Below the pieces are notes generated by a model. That model was not told the DNA's origin. It saw only the letters and a list, made by a program, of their open reading frames with translations, and did not search any database. A stretch of DNA of 55,544 bases, from assembly GCA_030141605.1 (NCBI GenBank), contig JAQGDQ010001206.1, positions 1 to 55,544 of the forward strand, given 5' to 3'. This document shows positions 37,883 through 49,123 of this stretch, one piece after another. Made by a program: the position numbers and the translations under genes. Position 1 is the stretch's first letter. Each line of letters begins with the position of its first letter. Source of the stretch: Tubiluchus corallicola. Taxonomy: Eukaryota > Animalia > Priapulida.

Positions 37883-38305
37883 CAGGGGTGTGCAAATTGC
37901 GGCCCGCGGGACACTTGCGGCCCGCGAAGAGATTTGTCAACCTAATGGAAGTGCGGCCCGGGCGAGATTAATTGAGTGTATCCAGCTGAAGTCCGTGCCA
38001 CGATCCCAAAGATAGTGCGGGTAGTTTTTTCTACTAGATCGGATGCCATTAACCCTTACAAGAAGGTTGTAGCTTAATGTCGCTGTACTACACAGACTGT
38101 GTGATACACATTACTAATATGCATTGTAATGAAATTACCACTATCTGTCCTGAAAGTAGAAATATATGGTTTGTAATATAAATTTTAATAACCTGTAAAA
38201 TAGTTTCTTGAGTGTAGTAGTAATGATGTACGCAGGTCGGATGCAAAAAAATTGTTATTAGGCCTTTCTGTACTTGGCTCCTTGATCAAACTGCCTGTGG
38301 CCCGC
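37883..38305 (-). mobile_element. hAT/Charlie-like MITE (family E), one end missing
   Basis: Begins caggggtgtgcaaattgcggcccgc; reverse complement of the 42622 and 52143 copies. Confidence 0.85.
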
Positions 38306-38442
38306 TTGTTGTGACCACTTAACTTTTTTTTGCTCGAGGGATCTAAGTGAGAAAAATAGAGGGAATTCAAATTTACTCATTGTGACCAAACATTGTGCTT
38401 TTTATCACGGAAGCATTTGAATCTTTATTGTACGAATTTTAG

Positions 38443-38527
38443 GAATGGACGCTGGCGATCTCAGTGGTCTGTTAGTTTCTCACCGTCTTCCGGTTCAGCC
38501 GAGCTTAAAGGCGTCCTCAAAGTACAG
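38443..38527 (+). CDS. CAPZA: CAPZA exon 6 (NGRWRSQW...LKVQ)
   Basis: ttttag acceptor; GTAAAT donor. Confidence 0.97.
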
Positions 38528-38598
38528 GTAAATCAGCACTATTTTCTTGTCGAATCAGCACCGAGGTAACATTTTTTTGCTTTATGCGAACATACTGC

Positions 38599-38601
<3 letters not shown>

Positions 38602-38667
<66 letters not shown>

Positions 38668-38769
38668 GTCTCTCTTTCTCTCTCCCTCTCTCCCTCCCTC
38701 CCTCCCTCCCTCCCTCTCTCTCTCGTCTCTCTGTCCTGTGTCTCTCTGTCCTGTGTCTCTCTCTCTCTC
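38602..38769. repeat. (CT)n/(CCCT)n tract
   Basis: Direct reading; a hAT-like terminus (ggccggccctg) follows at ~38879. Confidence 0.92.
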
Positions 38770-39373
38770 GTAAATTGCGTAATTTTATTTTTTTCGTATT
38801 TATTTTTTATTTTTCTATTTCATTTGGAGGCACAAAATTCACTTCGCCTAGGGCCTCCAATTACCTAAGGCCGGCCCTGTGTATGGGCACTTGTACATAA
38901 ACACCAAGTTTAGGTTTTTTATTAAACGTAGATCAGTGTGTGAATAACAATACAGGCAAAATGTTTTTGTAGGTGAACTTACATTCTTGAAATCATAAAT
39001 AAAGTTTTCTTTTTTGAGTTTTAAAAATTTTCTTTTTCTTTTGCCAGGCGCCCAGTCAAATTTCTTGCATTTATTTTTGGAAAATATAAAATGTACAAAA
39101 AAAATAAGCATCACTAGTATAAATGAAATGTGTTTCAAAAGCCAGAATTACAGGAGAACCTGTTGAGTTAAACTGAGAATGTCACGGTATCCGATAAAAT
39201 TTTTTAATTTTGAAATGCACACATATTTTACTTATTCTACGTAAAGTTATTTGGCAAGTTACGATTTCACGCAGAATGTGCTGAGCAAGTAAGTTTCTTG
39301 AAAAAGTTACTCGGTATTAATGCTTTGCGCTTCAGTAACTAGTGAGGCGTTTAACAATAGTGATGACTAATAA

Positions 39374-39821
39374 CCTTTTCAGACCCAAAGTATTTTTTTA
39401 ATAAGAAAAATTTTTTTGGCCTGGTACTTTTGTTCAGTATGTCCATCTTGTTTACACATAATTATTTTTTCTACCTGTGCCAGCGTGTTAAATAATCCCA
39501 CGGGATACATTGGGATTCAATGGAAGCATAAAATGTGCTTCATTTTGCAACTGCTGATAATTTTTTAAAGTATTTAAGACATTTAGTATGCACGCTACGC
39601 TGATCTGTACAAAATCGTCTCTAAAGTATTGTACCTTGCACAGTTTTTTATGCTATGTAGATTTTCTAGTTTGCCAGTTTATCACCATTTTTAGTCTATT
39701 GTTATTGGCTTAAATCAAAATAACTATTAACAGACCAAATAACTGTCAGTTTTAAAATTTCATTGATTTTAAAGGCAAAAAATATTCTCGTATCCCACGG
39801 GATACAACGGGTATAAAAGGG
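39374..39821 (-). mobile_element. piggyBac-like MITE (family F) with ATAA target duplication
   Basis: CCTTTT...AAAAGGG ends flanked by ATAA on both sides; inverted homologue at 49124..49596. Confidence 0.82.
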
Positions 39822-39866
39822 ATAATGTATTTTAATCAATTACGTTATTATATATATATATCTTAG

Positions 39867-40001
39867 GTGCATTACTATGAGGACGGTAATGTTCAGCTAG
39901 TAAGCTCTAAAGATGTGCAAGAACCGCTTACAGTTTCTAATGAAAGTCAAACCGCTAAAGAGTTTGTCAAGCTGGTGGAAGATGCAGAAAATGAATATCA
40001 G
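39867..40001 (+). CDS. CAPZA: CAPZA exon 7 ([13 protein letters not shown]...AENEYQ)
   Basis: tcttag acceptor; GTATTT donor. Confidence 0.97.
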
Positions 40002-40032
40002 GTATTTTAAGAGTTTACTCTTTCTTGCTGAG

Positions 40033-40404
40033 ATGCATGTGGTGGAGATGAGGATGTTGAGATGGATGGTGGGAATGACAAGAAGAGATAAAATTAGAAA
40101 TAATAATATCAGAGGAACAGTGAAAGTAGTGGAAGCCCCGAAAAAGATACAAGAGGCAAGATTGCGATGGTATGGACACCCGAAAAGAAGAGTCGGGGAA
40201 GATCATGTGGGAATGGACGTCCTGGAAATTGAAGTGCTGGGAAATAGAAGAAGAGGACGACCCAAGCTGAGATGGTTTGAATGTATTAGTGGAGACCTTA
40301 GAGAGAAGAACATAAATGAAGAGATGGTCAACAACAGGAATGCATGGAGAAGACTCATTCACAATGGCGACCCCGCGTAGGGAAAAGCTGGGAAGAAGAA
40401 GAAG
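40033..40404 (+). mobile_element. 5'-truncated RTE LINE with (GAA)n tail
   Basis: Perfect 16-bp TSD actctttcttgctgag (40017..40032, 40405..40420); EMRMLRW...RLRWYGH...RRRGRPKLRW. Confidence 0.92.
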
Positions 40405-41175
40405 ACTCTTTCTTGCTGAGTTGCTGCTTAGATTTGTCATTACAGGTCCACTTAAGATGGATAATGCTTTTTCCTGCCTGCTCCTATCAGTTTTCATTTT
40501 TCATTGAGCTGCGGTTTGATTAAAGGGAAAGGAAAGGCAATTTTAACACACATCCCAATGACTTTTCTTATAAGATTATATTACTTTGCATTACGCTTAC
40601 CAGTCTGAACGACTTATTGAAATGGAAAAAAAAATTGTTAATAATTTAAAGTATTCTCTCCACCTTGTTTACATCACGTACCTCAGTGCAACCACGTGTA
40701 TATCTCTATGTATAAAAATATTAAATCAATTGTGTGGAGTTATTTGAGTCAATTGCAGACAGTTTTTATATGCTTCTGCATAGGAGCGGTCGATACTTGG
40801 GTGTTTTTGAAACAATTAGGTATCATGTATCCTTGTTAGTTGGATATTTTAAATTATGCATGAAACAAGGTAGTTGATATTTTAAGTCCACTTAGAGGCT
40901 TTCTGTGGTCACAAAATTGCAATTTCAACCCCATTAGTAGCCTAGGTGGCCCCAAAACCCTTGGCCTGTTTCAGAGTTTTTTGCAATTTGTCATTCTCAT
41001 CCCTGATAAACTTAGTGCTTAGACTTTTGGTAATTATTTTTGTATTTATTACCGGTGATAAAATATGCACTTTCGAATGTCATGTTTTCTTTTGCTGGTA
41101 AAAAGAAAAATCTCATTTAACTTGCTAACAGTGGCGCAGCAGTCATTTAAACCAGTTTGTCTTTTATTTATACAG

Positions 41176-41316
41176 AATGCGATAAACGAGAACTACCAAA
41201 CCATGTCTGATACGACGTTCAAGGCTTTACGGCGTCAACTGCCGGTCACTCGCACCAAAATTGACTGGAGCAAAATTATAGGGTATCGAATCGGCGCCGA
41301 GCTGAAACACATGTAG
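41176..41316 (+). CDS. CAPZA: CAPZA terminal coding exon ([31 protein letters not shown]...KHM*)
   Basis: tatacag acceptor; TAG stop at 41314..41316. Confidence 0.97.
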   Translation, partial: NAINENYQTMSDTTFKALRRQLPVTRTKIDWSKIIGYRIGAELKHM

Positions 41317-41588
41317 CAACTGCGCCAGTTGCCATTTCTGCTAGAAGGTGGTAGTAGTAGTAGTTTCTGCCAACAGGTGGTGCTTCATCAGCTTGCTTTG
41401 CTTTGATGTCCCGGTGGTGAGAAAGTTTCTCGATACTGTTATTATTTAGTTCTTCAACAAATTTGACTGTCTGCAGTTTTTGTTGTTTGTTGGAGGGTCT
41501 GCACTATCAAGGAAAATGCTGTAATATTGCAAAAAATGATGCAATATAATTGAATATATGCTTCATAGAAAAACAGACCACTATACAA

Positions 41589-42196
41589 TAGGCCTGTAAT
41601 GATACATTGATGATAATCTTTGTAAATGATATTCAGCAAATTAGCATTCACTCTGTATGCTGATAAAAATGATGCAAAGTAATTTAAGCTGCAGCTGCAG
41701 AGTTTACTGTAGTTATGTAACAATCAGTGAAGTAATTTAAGCTGCAGCTGCAGAGTTGTACTGTAGATATGTAACAGTCAGTACAGTGAACAGTAGTTGA
41801 CTTGACACATCCACTGCTGGTGGACAAAGTGATGAAAACGCAAGGCGTGTAATCTGTAGTAGGCTAGTTACGTTACTTACATGTAAACTTGAGAAATGCC
41901 AAATGTGAGTGAGAAAGTGCACAACTCTTAAACCTAAAGTTTAAAGAGTTTTGCTTTTCTGGTGGCTTACAATGCAAGTAATAGCCTACACATTACACAA
42001 GTAATTTATAGAAATCGACTAACTTGTCCATTTTAGCATTTAGTAATCCCTAACCAACGACATGATCTAGTTGTTTTTTTGTGAAACCTACAAACGTTCA
42101 CTCAGGTGTAATAACAGGATACGTATCGTGACGTGAGTTTAGTATCGCCATATGTATCATATCGTAACCTAACCTAACTGTATCGTTACAGCCCTA
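41589..42196. mobile_element. hAT-like element family D, compact copy (probably in CAPZA 3' UTR)
   Basis: taggcctgtaatgatac...gtatcgttacagcccta; flanks ctatacaa/ctatgtaa. Confidence 0.78.
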
Positions 42197-42621
42197 CTAT
42201 GTAAATGTGCAACTTTTTCTACTGTCATTTTGCAAACTCTTGACACAGTTTGACAGGCATGCTATATTGTTAAAAGTTTTTATTTGCATATAATTTTCTT
42301 GCTAGTTGGTAGCACCACCTGTTGAGTAGGGATGAAAGATTTTTTATATTATAGCTTAAACTATTATGTTTTGTATATTCTTAGAAAATACATTTCGTGA
42401 TTATATATTATACATGGGAATGCCGTGCCCTATAATGAAAAGCGTAAAATTCTGGAGATATAGCGCTATTATTTTGAAATTTAGGTGTTTAAGCAAAAAA
42501 AACAGCTATGATAGATTTATGTTTGTATTTTATTAGTTTTTGCACCATACTATCATGGTGAATTATTGACATTCATTTTTTATTTGTAATGATACATTAT
42601 GCAATATTTTTTGCTGTAGAG

Positions 42622-43089
42622 CAGGGATGTGCAAATTATCTGACTAGCCGGGCCACATTAAACTTTCCCGCGGTTCCTGCCGGCCACAGGCAGTTTGATC
42701 AAGGAGCCAAGTACAGAAAGGCCTAATAACGATTTTTTTGCATCCGACCTGCGTACATCATTACTACTACACTCAAGAAAGTTTTAGAAGTTACTTTCAG
42801 GACAGATAGTGGTAATTTCATTACAATGCATAATAGTAATGTGTATCACACAGTCTGTGTAGTACAGTGTTATTAAGCTACAACCATCTTGTAAGGGTTA
42901 ATGGCATCCGATCTAGTAGAAAGAACTACCCGCACTATCTTTGGGATCGCGGCACAGACTTCAGCTGGATACACTCAATTAATCGCCCGGGCCGCACTTT
43001 CATTAGGTTGACAAATCTCGTCGCGGGGCCGCACAAATTCTCTCGGCGGGCCACAAGTGGCCCCGGGGGCCGCAATTTGCACACCCCTG
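42622..43089 (+). mobile_element. hAT/Charlie-like MITE family E, complete
   Basis: TIR caggg(a/g)tgtgcaaatt; perfect 8-bp TSD ctgtagag. Confidence 0.92.
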
Positions 43090-43238
43090 CTGTAGAGCAC
43101 TTACGTTCCTCTTGTTTGTTAAACTCTTGAATAAGCAGCTTTTGCAAAATACGATTTGTTTTTAGAACATTCATAAGCACTTATTTCATAAATTTATTAA
43201 TGCCATTTGTCATTTCATTTGATTCAACGGCAGAGTAT

Positions 43239-44596
43239 TAGGGGTGCACCAGATCCGGACGACCGCTGGCTGGATATCTGAATTCATTCCAGATCTGGTA
43301 AAAATTTGGGCAGATACAAAAATTCTAAATTTAGTGCATTTTGCTTATCTTAGTCAATAATTGTACTTACCACACTTGTTATCCGTGATCCTTATAATTA
43401 TCGTTGGCCATGACGTAACATCTTTTTTACTTTATAAACAGAAACAGTTTTAATTAAATACTGAACTATAGTGCCAAAAAAGCCAAATTTACGAATGTTA
43501 TCATCATCTCTGTAGTCACACGTCCAAATGTACATGACCCTTGGTATCACTTCACTCCTCCCTGTCACCCGGAACTTCCCGCGTCCTTGTATTTTTGATA
43601 TCTAATGGTGTGTTGATCACATCTTTCTGGATGAAATTGGTGTAAGTTGATGTAATTTATGAACGTGACACATGGTGACTAGATTTACATTGCGTGAAAC
43701 CTTTGCCTGCACTTTGCATGTGGACCAAGGGACACTACCCTGAGCAGGTTATGCACACTGAAACAGACTTCACTTGAATGAGTATTGAAGTAAATTATTT
43801 GAATTTGTTTTTGTTTAGCTATTGGTAAATTTGTTTAGAGGGAAAAAAACCAGTCACTCAGTATTTTGTGTTTATTTTACTGTTATCACTTAAACTTAGA
43901 AAAATAGAACAAAGAAATTTGCAAAGAACTGCCAATAAAACGTAAATTTTAAAATATACTTCCTCTGAATCGAAATTTCCTGGTGTGGTGGTTGCCACCA
44001 TTCACTTGAAAATCATGAAAAACTGGGAGACTTCATGACTTTTCGTAAGCGCATTGTGGCTTTGCGTAAGCGCACGCTGCTTCTAATTTAAATTTCTGCA
44101 GCTTACATAATGTTCATGCACAAATATCACAAAATATAATTTTTTTGTAAGAACTTGCCGTACTTTTGATGATAATTGACAGAGTGTTACTTTTTTTCAA
44201 AACGAATGACGTCATTGGAAAGAAAAAGGGCTTTCAACATGGGAGCATCAAAGTATGAAATGATCGCGACTTTAAAGTGATTTTACTAGTTATACGAGGC
44301 GCTTATTGCAGTTACTAAATCCTTCTAACACTTTTCGCGAACATTTAAATGAGCCAAACCGCCTAGAAGGCTTGGCCTATCCTAAGTCCTATGTTGTTAA
44401 ACACTCCCTCAAGCAGCATAGTACCTTTTTGTATTAGAAATTCAAACATTTTCAAGGTTTTACGCATGTCATGCTCTGTCATTATTGCAGCCAAATCAGA
44501 TAATTCATCGGCATTTTCTAGATTTGTAATAAATACGATCTATATATTGATCCAGAGAATCAGATCCGTTTCCAGTCCGGATCCGGCGCACATCTA
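43239..44596. mobile_element. hAT-like non-autonomous element, probably with nested inserts
   Basis: Ends taggggtgcaccagatccgga...tccggatccggcgcacatcta; flanks cagagtat/caaattat (imperfect). Confidence 0.6.
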
Positions 44597-45513
44597 CAAA
44601 TTATAAAACATTTTATACACAACTAGTGCGTGTCTTACTGGGTACCGTGCCATATTTTTTTATTTTTTGACAGTTTCATGTTTATTGTGGTTTTGCTTAA
44701 ACTGAGCTTGTTTAAAAACTATGTTAATGCATAAATCTTACAGTTTTATGTCGAAACAAAAACTTGACCTTCAAAGTACCATATGTCCACCAAAAACTTG
44801 ACCTTCAAAGTACCACATACTGTACCAAATTGTAATGTAAGTAAGAAAATTGTGAACTATTGTACTTTGTTATAATAAATATCTGTGAGTTTTCTAAATT
44901 TATTTGAAAGAAGTTAATTTTCCTTTAATGACATTCCAAGAACAGGTAACCTATAGACAATAATTATAATCGCTAATAATTGTGTGTGATTATGTAATCT
45001 ATAATAGTAAATCTGCGGCTAATAGCATTTTGTGATAGAACCACTGTAGAAATGACAAAATTGCATTAAAACGTTTTGTCTGTTGTCTGCGATTATTGAT
45101 TTTGTATTTACTATCTTGTATAATAAAAATACTGTTTATTAATCATCTGATTAGTTGGAATCGATGTTTTGTTTTGAACAATGGCAGCTGTTGCAGGTTT
45201 AGTTGTAGGTATGTACTAATTTCCTTTACAGCATAGAAAAAGCGACAGGTTTACTTTGCTGACTTTGAATTGACGATGCACTTACTTTGCTGACTTTGAA
45301 CTGACGATGAACTTACTTTGAATTGACGATGCACTTAAGAACTAAATTGAATTTTTATTTACCAGAAATGATACCACTGCAGTAGGATATCATTTTTTTG
45401 CTTTGCTGTACAGAGTAGCCATTTTTGTACTATAAAAGCAAGCTAATGTACATCATGGACTATTTCAAACTACATTTGTACAAACTTACAGAAAAACAGT
45501 TTAGGTTCCCAAG

Positions 45514-48500
45514 CTTACCCTTACCTTAGACCTTAGTCCTTCCTGCGCATTGATGCACATTGGGCAGACAGCATTTTCCACTGAGTTCTATCGGCGGCTT
45601 CGTTCTCTACGTTTTCCCAACGTATGTTGACAGCTCGAAGGTCTTCTTTGAAGGATCTGCGCCACGTTGTTTTTGGCCCTCTTTTTCGTTTCCCACCAGG
45701 TGGTTCCCACTGTACTGCTGTTTTGGCGTAACGACTTTCTGATAGACGGAGAATATGTCCAGCCAGTTTCATTCTTCTCTCTGTACCTATATCTTGTAAC
45801 CGCAATGACTGCGCTCGTTGAAGAACTTCTACATTGGTGACATGGTCGCGGTAGGAGATTTTTAGTATCTTTCGAAGGCATTTTTGGTGGAAGACGTTCA
45901 GTTTCTTTGATAACTCCGCTGTGACTTTCCAGGTTTCGCTGGCAGAGAGAGCCGTTGGCAGCACAATGGCGTTGTACAGACGAAGTTTGATTTTCATGTC
46001 AATTTTCTTGCTTGTCCAGATTTTTCCCATCTTCCTAAATACTGCTGTTGCTTTGCCGATTCTCCCCCTGATGTCATTTTCTGTACCTCCATTACAGGTC
46101 ATCATACTGCCCAGATATGAAAAACTGGTAACGTTCTTAATCATTTGGCCTCCCACTGTTATATGTACATCATTCTGTTGGTTTGTCCACACTTTCAAAA
46201 CTTTGGTCTTTTCTTGACTAATTCTCAATCCAATTTTTCCCGCTACTTCTTCCATACTTGTGGTCAGTTGTTGCAGGCTTTCTTTTGATGTTTCCAGAAG
46301 AGCTATATCGTCAGCAAAGTCCAGATCTGCCAATCGTTGTTGTTGTTTCCATTGCATTCCTAGATCTTTACCATCAACAGCCTTGTTCATGATGAAATCA
46401 ATCGTCAGTAGGAATAGGAATGGCGACATAATGCAACCCTGCTTAACTCCAGTTTCGATGGTGAAATACTCGGTGTTTCCCTCTTGTGTTCTTATACAAC
46501 AGCCGCTGTTTTGGTAAAAGTTCTGGATGGTTGAAATGCATTTCTGTGGGATACCATACAGAGAAGCAATTTTCCATAGAGACTGCCTGTGAACAGAGTC
46601 AAAAGCCTTCTTGAAATCAATAAAATTGATTAATAAGGACTGTTGGAATTCCATACATTGCTCAATGATGTTTCTGAGAGTGAATATCTGTTCACAGCAT
46701 GATCTTCCTTTTCTAAATCCAGCTTGTTGTTCTCTTAGTCTTATATCAACAGCATCTCTCAACCGATCTAGCAGCACTATACTCAGGACTTTTCCAGGTA
46801 TTGACATCAGAGTTATTCCTCTCCAATTATTGCAATCTGTCAGGTTCCCTTTTTTAGGCAACTTCACGATGACTCCATTTCTCCAATCTTCGGGGACCTT
46901 TTGTTGTTCCCAGCAGCTGTTCAGGAGCTGTGTCATTGATCGTGTTATCCCTTTATTACCGTGTTTCAGGAGCTCAGCTGTTATTTGGTCCTCTCCAGCT
47001 GCTTTGTTGTTCTTTAGTTTTTTGATGGCAGTTTCGACTTCCAGTTCACTGATGTTGTCCAATCTTACATCTAGCTGTTGTTGTCCAATTTCATTCTCAA
47101 AATTGACTAATGTTGTTGGGTTTGGCTGGTTGAGAACTTCCTTGAAGTGTTCCACCCATCGTGCGTTTTGCTGTTCTGTTGTTGTGAGAGTCACACCACT
47201 TTTGTCCTTGATTGGCACAGCTGGGGTGCCTCCTGTTCCCGTTAGATCTTTAACAATTCTGTAGAGAGTCTTGGTATCATTATGGCTGGCTGCTAACTGT
47301 GCTTCTTCAACCTTCTTTTCAAACCATTCGTTCTTGTCCCTCCTGCAACGTCTTTTTACTGCTCTAGCTGCCAGTTGGTACTGCTCATTGGCTTGACTCC
47401 TGCTTTCTGGTGTTTTTGCTTGGTCTCTCATTTGCTTAGTCTTCTTTCTTTCATCAATTAATTCCCAAGTTTTTTCTTGTATCCACATTTCTTTTCTGTT
47501 ACCCCTTCTTCTGCCGATCTGTTCATCTGCAACTGCTGTTACTGCTTCTTTGAATATTTTCCACTGTTCTTCAATATCGTTGGCTTGTAGTAGTGGTTCA
47601 AATTTGTTGCTAAGTGCAAGTTCAAAACTCCTTGCTTTTTGTTGGTCTTTCAGGTTTTCAACCGCAAAAGGTCTAGTGATTTTTGGCTTTTGTATCTTTT
47701 TCAGTTTGAGCTGCACTTTTCCTTGAACTAGGTGGTGGTCAGAGCCCACATCAGCTCCACGACACACTTTCACATCTTTCAGTGCTGATCTCCATCTCTT
47801 GCTGATACAGATGTAGTCGATTTCGTTCTGTGTATTTCCATCTGGTGACCTCCATGTCTTTTTGTGGATGGTTTTGTGGGCAAAATAAGTATTTCCAATA
47901 CACAGTCCATTTAAATTGCACAACATCAGGAGCCGTTCACCATTGTTGTTTGTTTCTTGAGCTGATCCATGTGGCCCGATTACATGCTCCAATCCGTGTC
48001 TGTTGTTGTCAATCTTTGCATTCATATCACCCATGAGGAGAATGATGTCATGGCTGGGGATGTCATTCAGCACATCTTGACATTGTTGGTAGAAATCGTC
48101 CTTATCTTGTTCATCTGTATCTTCGGTTGGTGCGTAAATGCAAACAATAGTTGTTTTCGCATGCCTTGACTGCATTCGGGCAGTTATTATCCTCTCACTG
48201 ACTGGGTTCCATCCTATTAGTGTCTTTGCTGCCTCTTTGTTCAGCATCAGACCAACACCTCTCTGGTGATCCTCCTCTGGTCCTGAATACAGAAAGGTTG
48301 TTTCTCCACTCTTGATGTTTCCGCTTCCTGTCCATCTCACTTCCGTTATGCCTAAGATACTGAGTTGATAGTTGTTGAATTCCCGGATAACTTGGGCCAT
48401 TTTTCCTGTTTGGAACATTGTTCTTACATTCCAGGTGCCAATTTTTGTCACCTTTGTGGCACTCAGTATAGAGTTCTTCATCGGATGCTGGGCTTCCTCT

Positions 48501-48672
48501 CGGCTTTGACCTAGCATCGTCATAACATGGGTCGAACTTTCTGCTTTGTGTCAGTAGATTTGTTTCTGTCTGTTTCTGTAGCAATTGAGAACTTTTACAG
48601 GATAGGGGTGCTAACCCTAAGCCCAACCCTCCTCCTCTCTCAACAGGGCTTGGGACCGGCTATGGCGGGTTT
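45514..48672 (-). mobile_element. Full-length RTE-clade non-LTR retrotransposon
   Basis: ~150-nt 5' UTR starting with a twister motif, single intact ORF, short TAAGG-type tail directly after the stop; no TSD found. Confidence 0.95.
45533..48523 (-). CDS. RTE ORF: apurinic-like endonuclease + reverse transcriptase (996 aa)
   Basis: EN motifs IGTWNVRT, GITEVRW, IYAPT, GDMNAK, NEIDYI, SDHHLV; RT motifs NWRGITL, QAGFRKGRSC, FIDFKKAFDSV, GVKQGCIMSP, FADD, YLGS; no stops or frameshifts. Confidence 0.97.
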   Translation of the reverse strand: MTMLGQSREEAQHPMKNSILSATKVTKIGTWNVRTMFQTGKMAQVIREFNNYQLSILGITEVRWTGSGNIKSGETTFLYSGPEEDHQRGVGLMLNKEAAKTLIGWNPVSERIITARMQSRHAKTTIVCIYAPTEDTDEQDKDDFYQQCQDVLNDIPSHDIILLMGDMNAKIDNNRHGLEHVIGPHGSAQETNNNGERLLMLCNLNGLCIGNTYFAHKTIHKKTWRSPDGNTQNEIDYICISKRWRSALKDVKVCRGADVGSDHHLVQGKVQLKLKKIQKPKITRPFAVENLKDQQKARSFELALSNKFEPLLQANDIEEQWKIFKEAVTAVADEQIGRRRGNRKEMWIQEKTWELIDERKKTKQMRDQAKTPESRSQANEQYQLAARAVKRRCRRDKNEWFEKKVEEAQLAASHNDTKTLYRIVKDLTGTGGTPAVPIKDKSGVTLTTTEQQNARWVEHFKEVLNQPNPTTLVNFENEIGQQQLDVRLDNISELEVETAIKKLKNNKAAGEDQITAELLKHGNKGITRSMTQLLNSCWEQQKVPEDWRNGVIVKLPKKGNLTDCNNWRGITLMSIPGKVLSIVLLDRLRDAVDIRLREQQAGFRKGRSCCEQIFTLRNIIEQCMEFQQSLLINFIDFKKAFDSVHRQSLWKIASLYGIPQKCISTIQNFYQNSGCCIRTQEGNTEYFTIETGVKQGCIMSPFLFLLTIDFIMNKAVDGKDLGMQWKQQQRLADLDFADDIALLETSKESLQQLTTSMEEVAGKIGLRISQEKTKVLKVWTNQQNDVHITVGGQMIKNVTSFSYLGSMMTCNGGTENDIRGRIGKATAVFRKMGKIWTSKKIDMKIKLRLYNAIVLPTALSASETWKVTAELSKKLNVFHQKCLRKILKISYRDHVTNVEVLQRAQSLRLQDIGTERRMKLAGHILRLSESRYAKTAVQWEPPGGKRKRGPKTTWRRSFKEDLRAVNIRWENVENEAADRTQWKMLSAQCASMRRKD

Positions 48673-48676
48673 ATTG
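48621..48676 (-). ncRNA. Twister self-cleaving ribozyme (type P1 layout) at the RTE 5' end
   Basis: Minus strand CAA-UAA-ACCC-GCC-AUA-G-CCGG-UCCCAAGC-CCUG-UUGAGAGA-GGAG-GAGGG-UUGGGC follows the twister pattern P1-UAA-P2-GCC...G-P4(UCCCAAGC)-P2'-GAGGG-P1'; P2 has two mismatches and P4 one. Confidence 0.8.
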
Positions 48677-48807
48677 TATTACAATAATTTTATTGTATTA
48701 CAATAATATAGTTTTATTCTATATTACTGTATAATGTTTAATGAGTTGTGAAGGAGATTTCACTGTATTTACCAATATTTGCAGTAAGTGAGAGCAGCAG
48801 CTCGTAC

Positions 48808-49108
48808 TAGGGGTGAGTGTTGAGAGTTCGAGTTCGAATTAACTTAACAATACAGATTCGAATAATCTGTTTTTTTATCTTTAATATAATTGAAATATTG
48901 CAACCAGGATATTTTAGGTGTGAATTCTGCGCACACTTTTAAAACAACTTATTAGTGTTTTACTGAAGAATAAAGTTAGGTAACGTACCTGACCTTAGTG
49001 AGACTACTTTTTAGTAATGATTCGAAAATTTTTAAAACTGAATGCGGTTTCGAAATCTCAGTTTAATTCGAGCTCGAAAATTACAAATTCGATTCGATAC
49101 GAATTCGC
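48808..49108. mobile_element. Degenerate TTCGA-rich hAT-like MITE fragment
   Basis: Starts tagggg, many ttcga subterminal motifs; no right TIR or TSD seen. Confidence 0.35.
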
Positions 49109-49123
49109 TTCTGTTACCATTAA

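Larger units (their letters stand above)
25140..41316 (+). other. CAPZA: Gene model: F-actin capping protein subunit alpha, 289 aa
   Basis: join(25140..25181,27966..28029,29460..29511,34086..34220,36830..37045,38443..38527,39867..40001,41176..41316) = 870 nt; GT-AG introns, consistent phases; hallmark motifs [54 protein letters not shown]. Confidence 0.97.

Noticed and set aside
39913-40380. 155-aa ORF as a gene
   Set aside because: Chimera of an off-frame reading of CAPZA exon 7 and a truncated RTE insertion.
45226-45250. Plus-strand micro-exon (tttacag|catagaaaaagcgacag|gt)
   Set aside because: No partner exons or host gene identified; weak donor.
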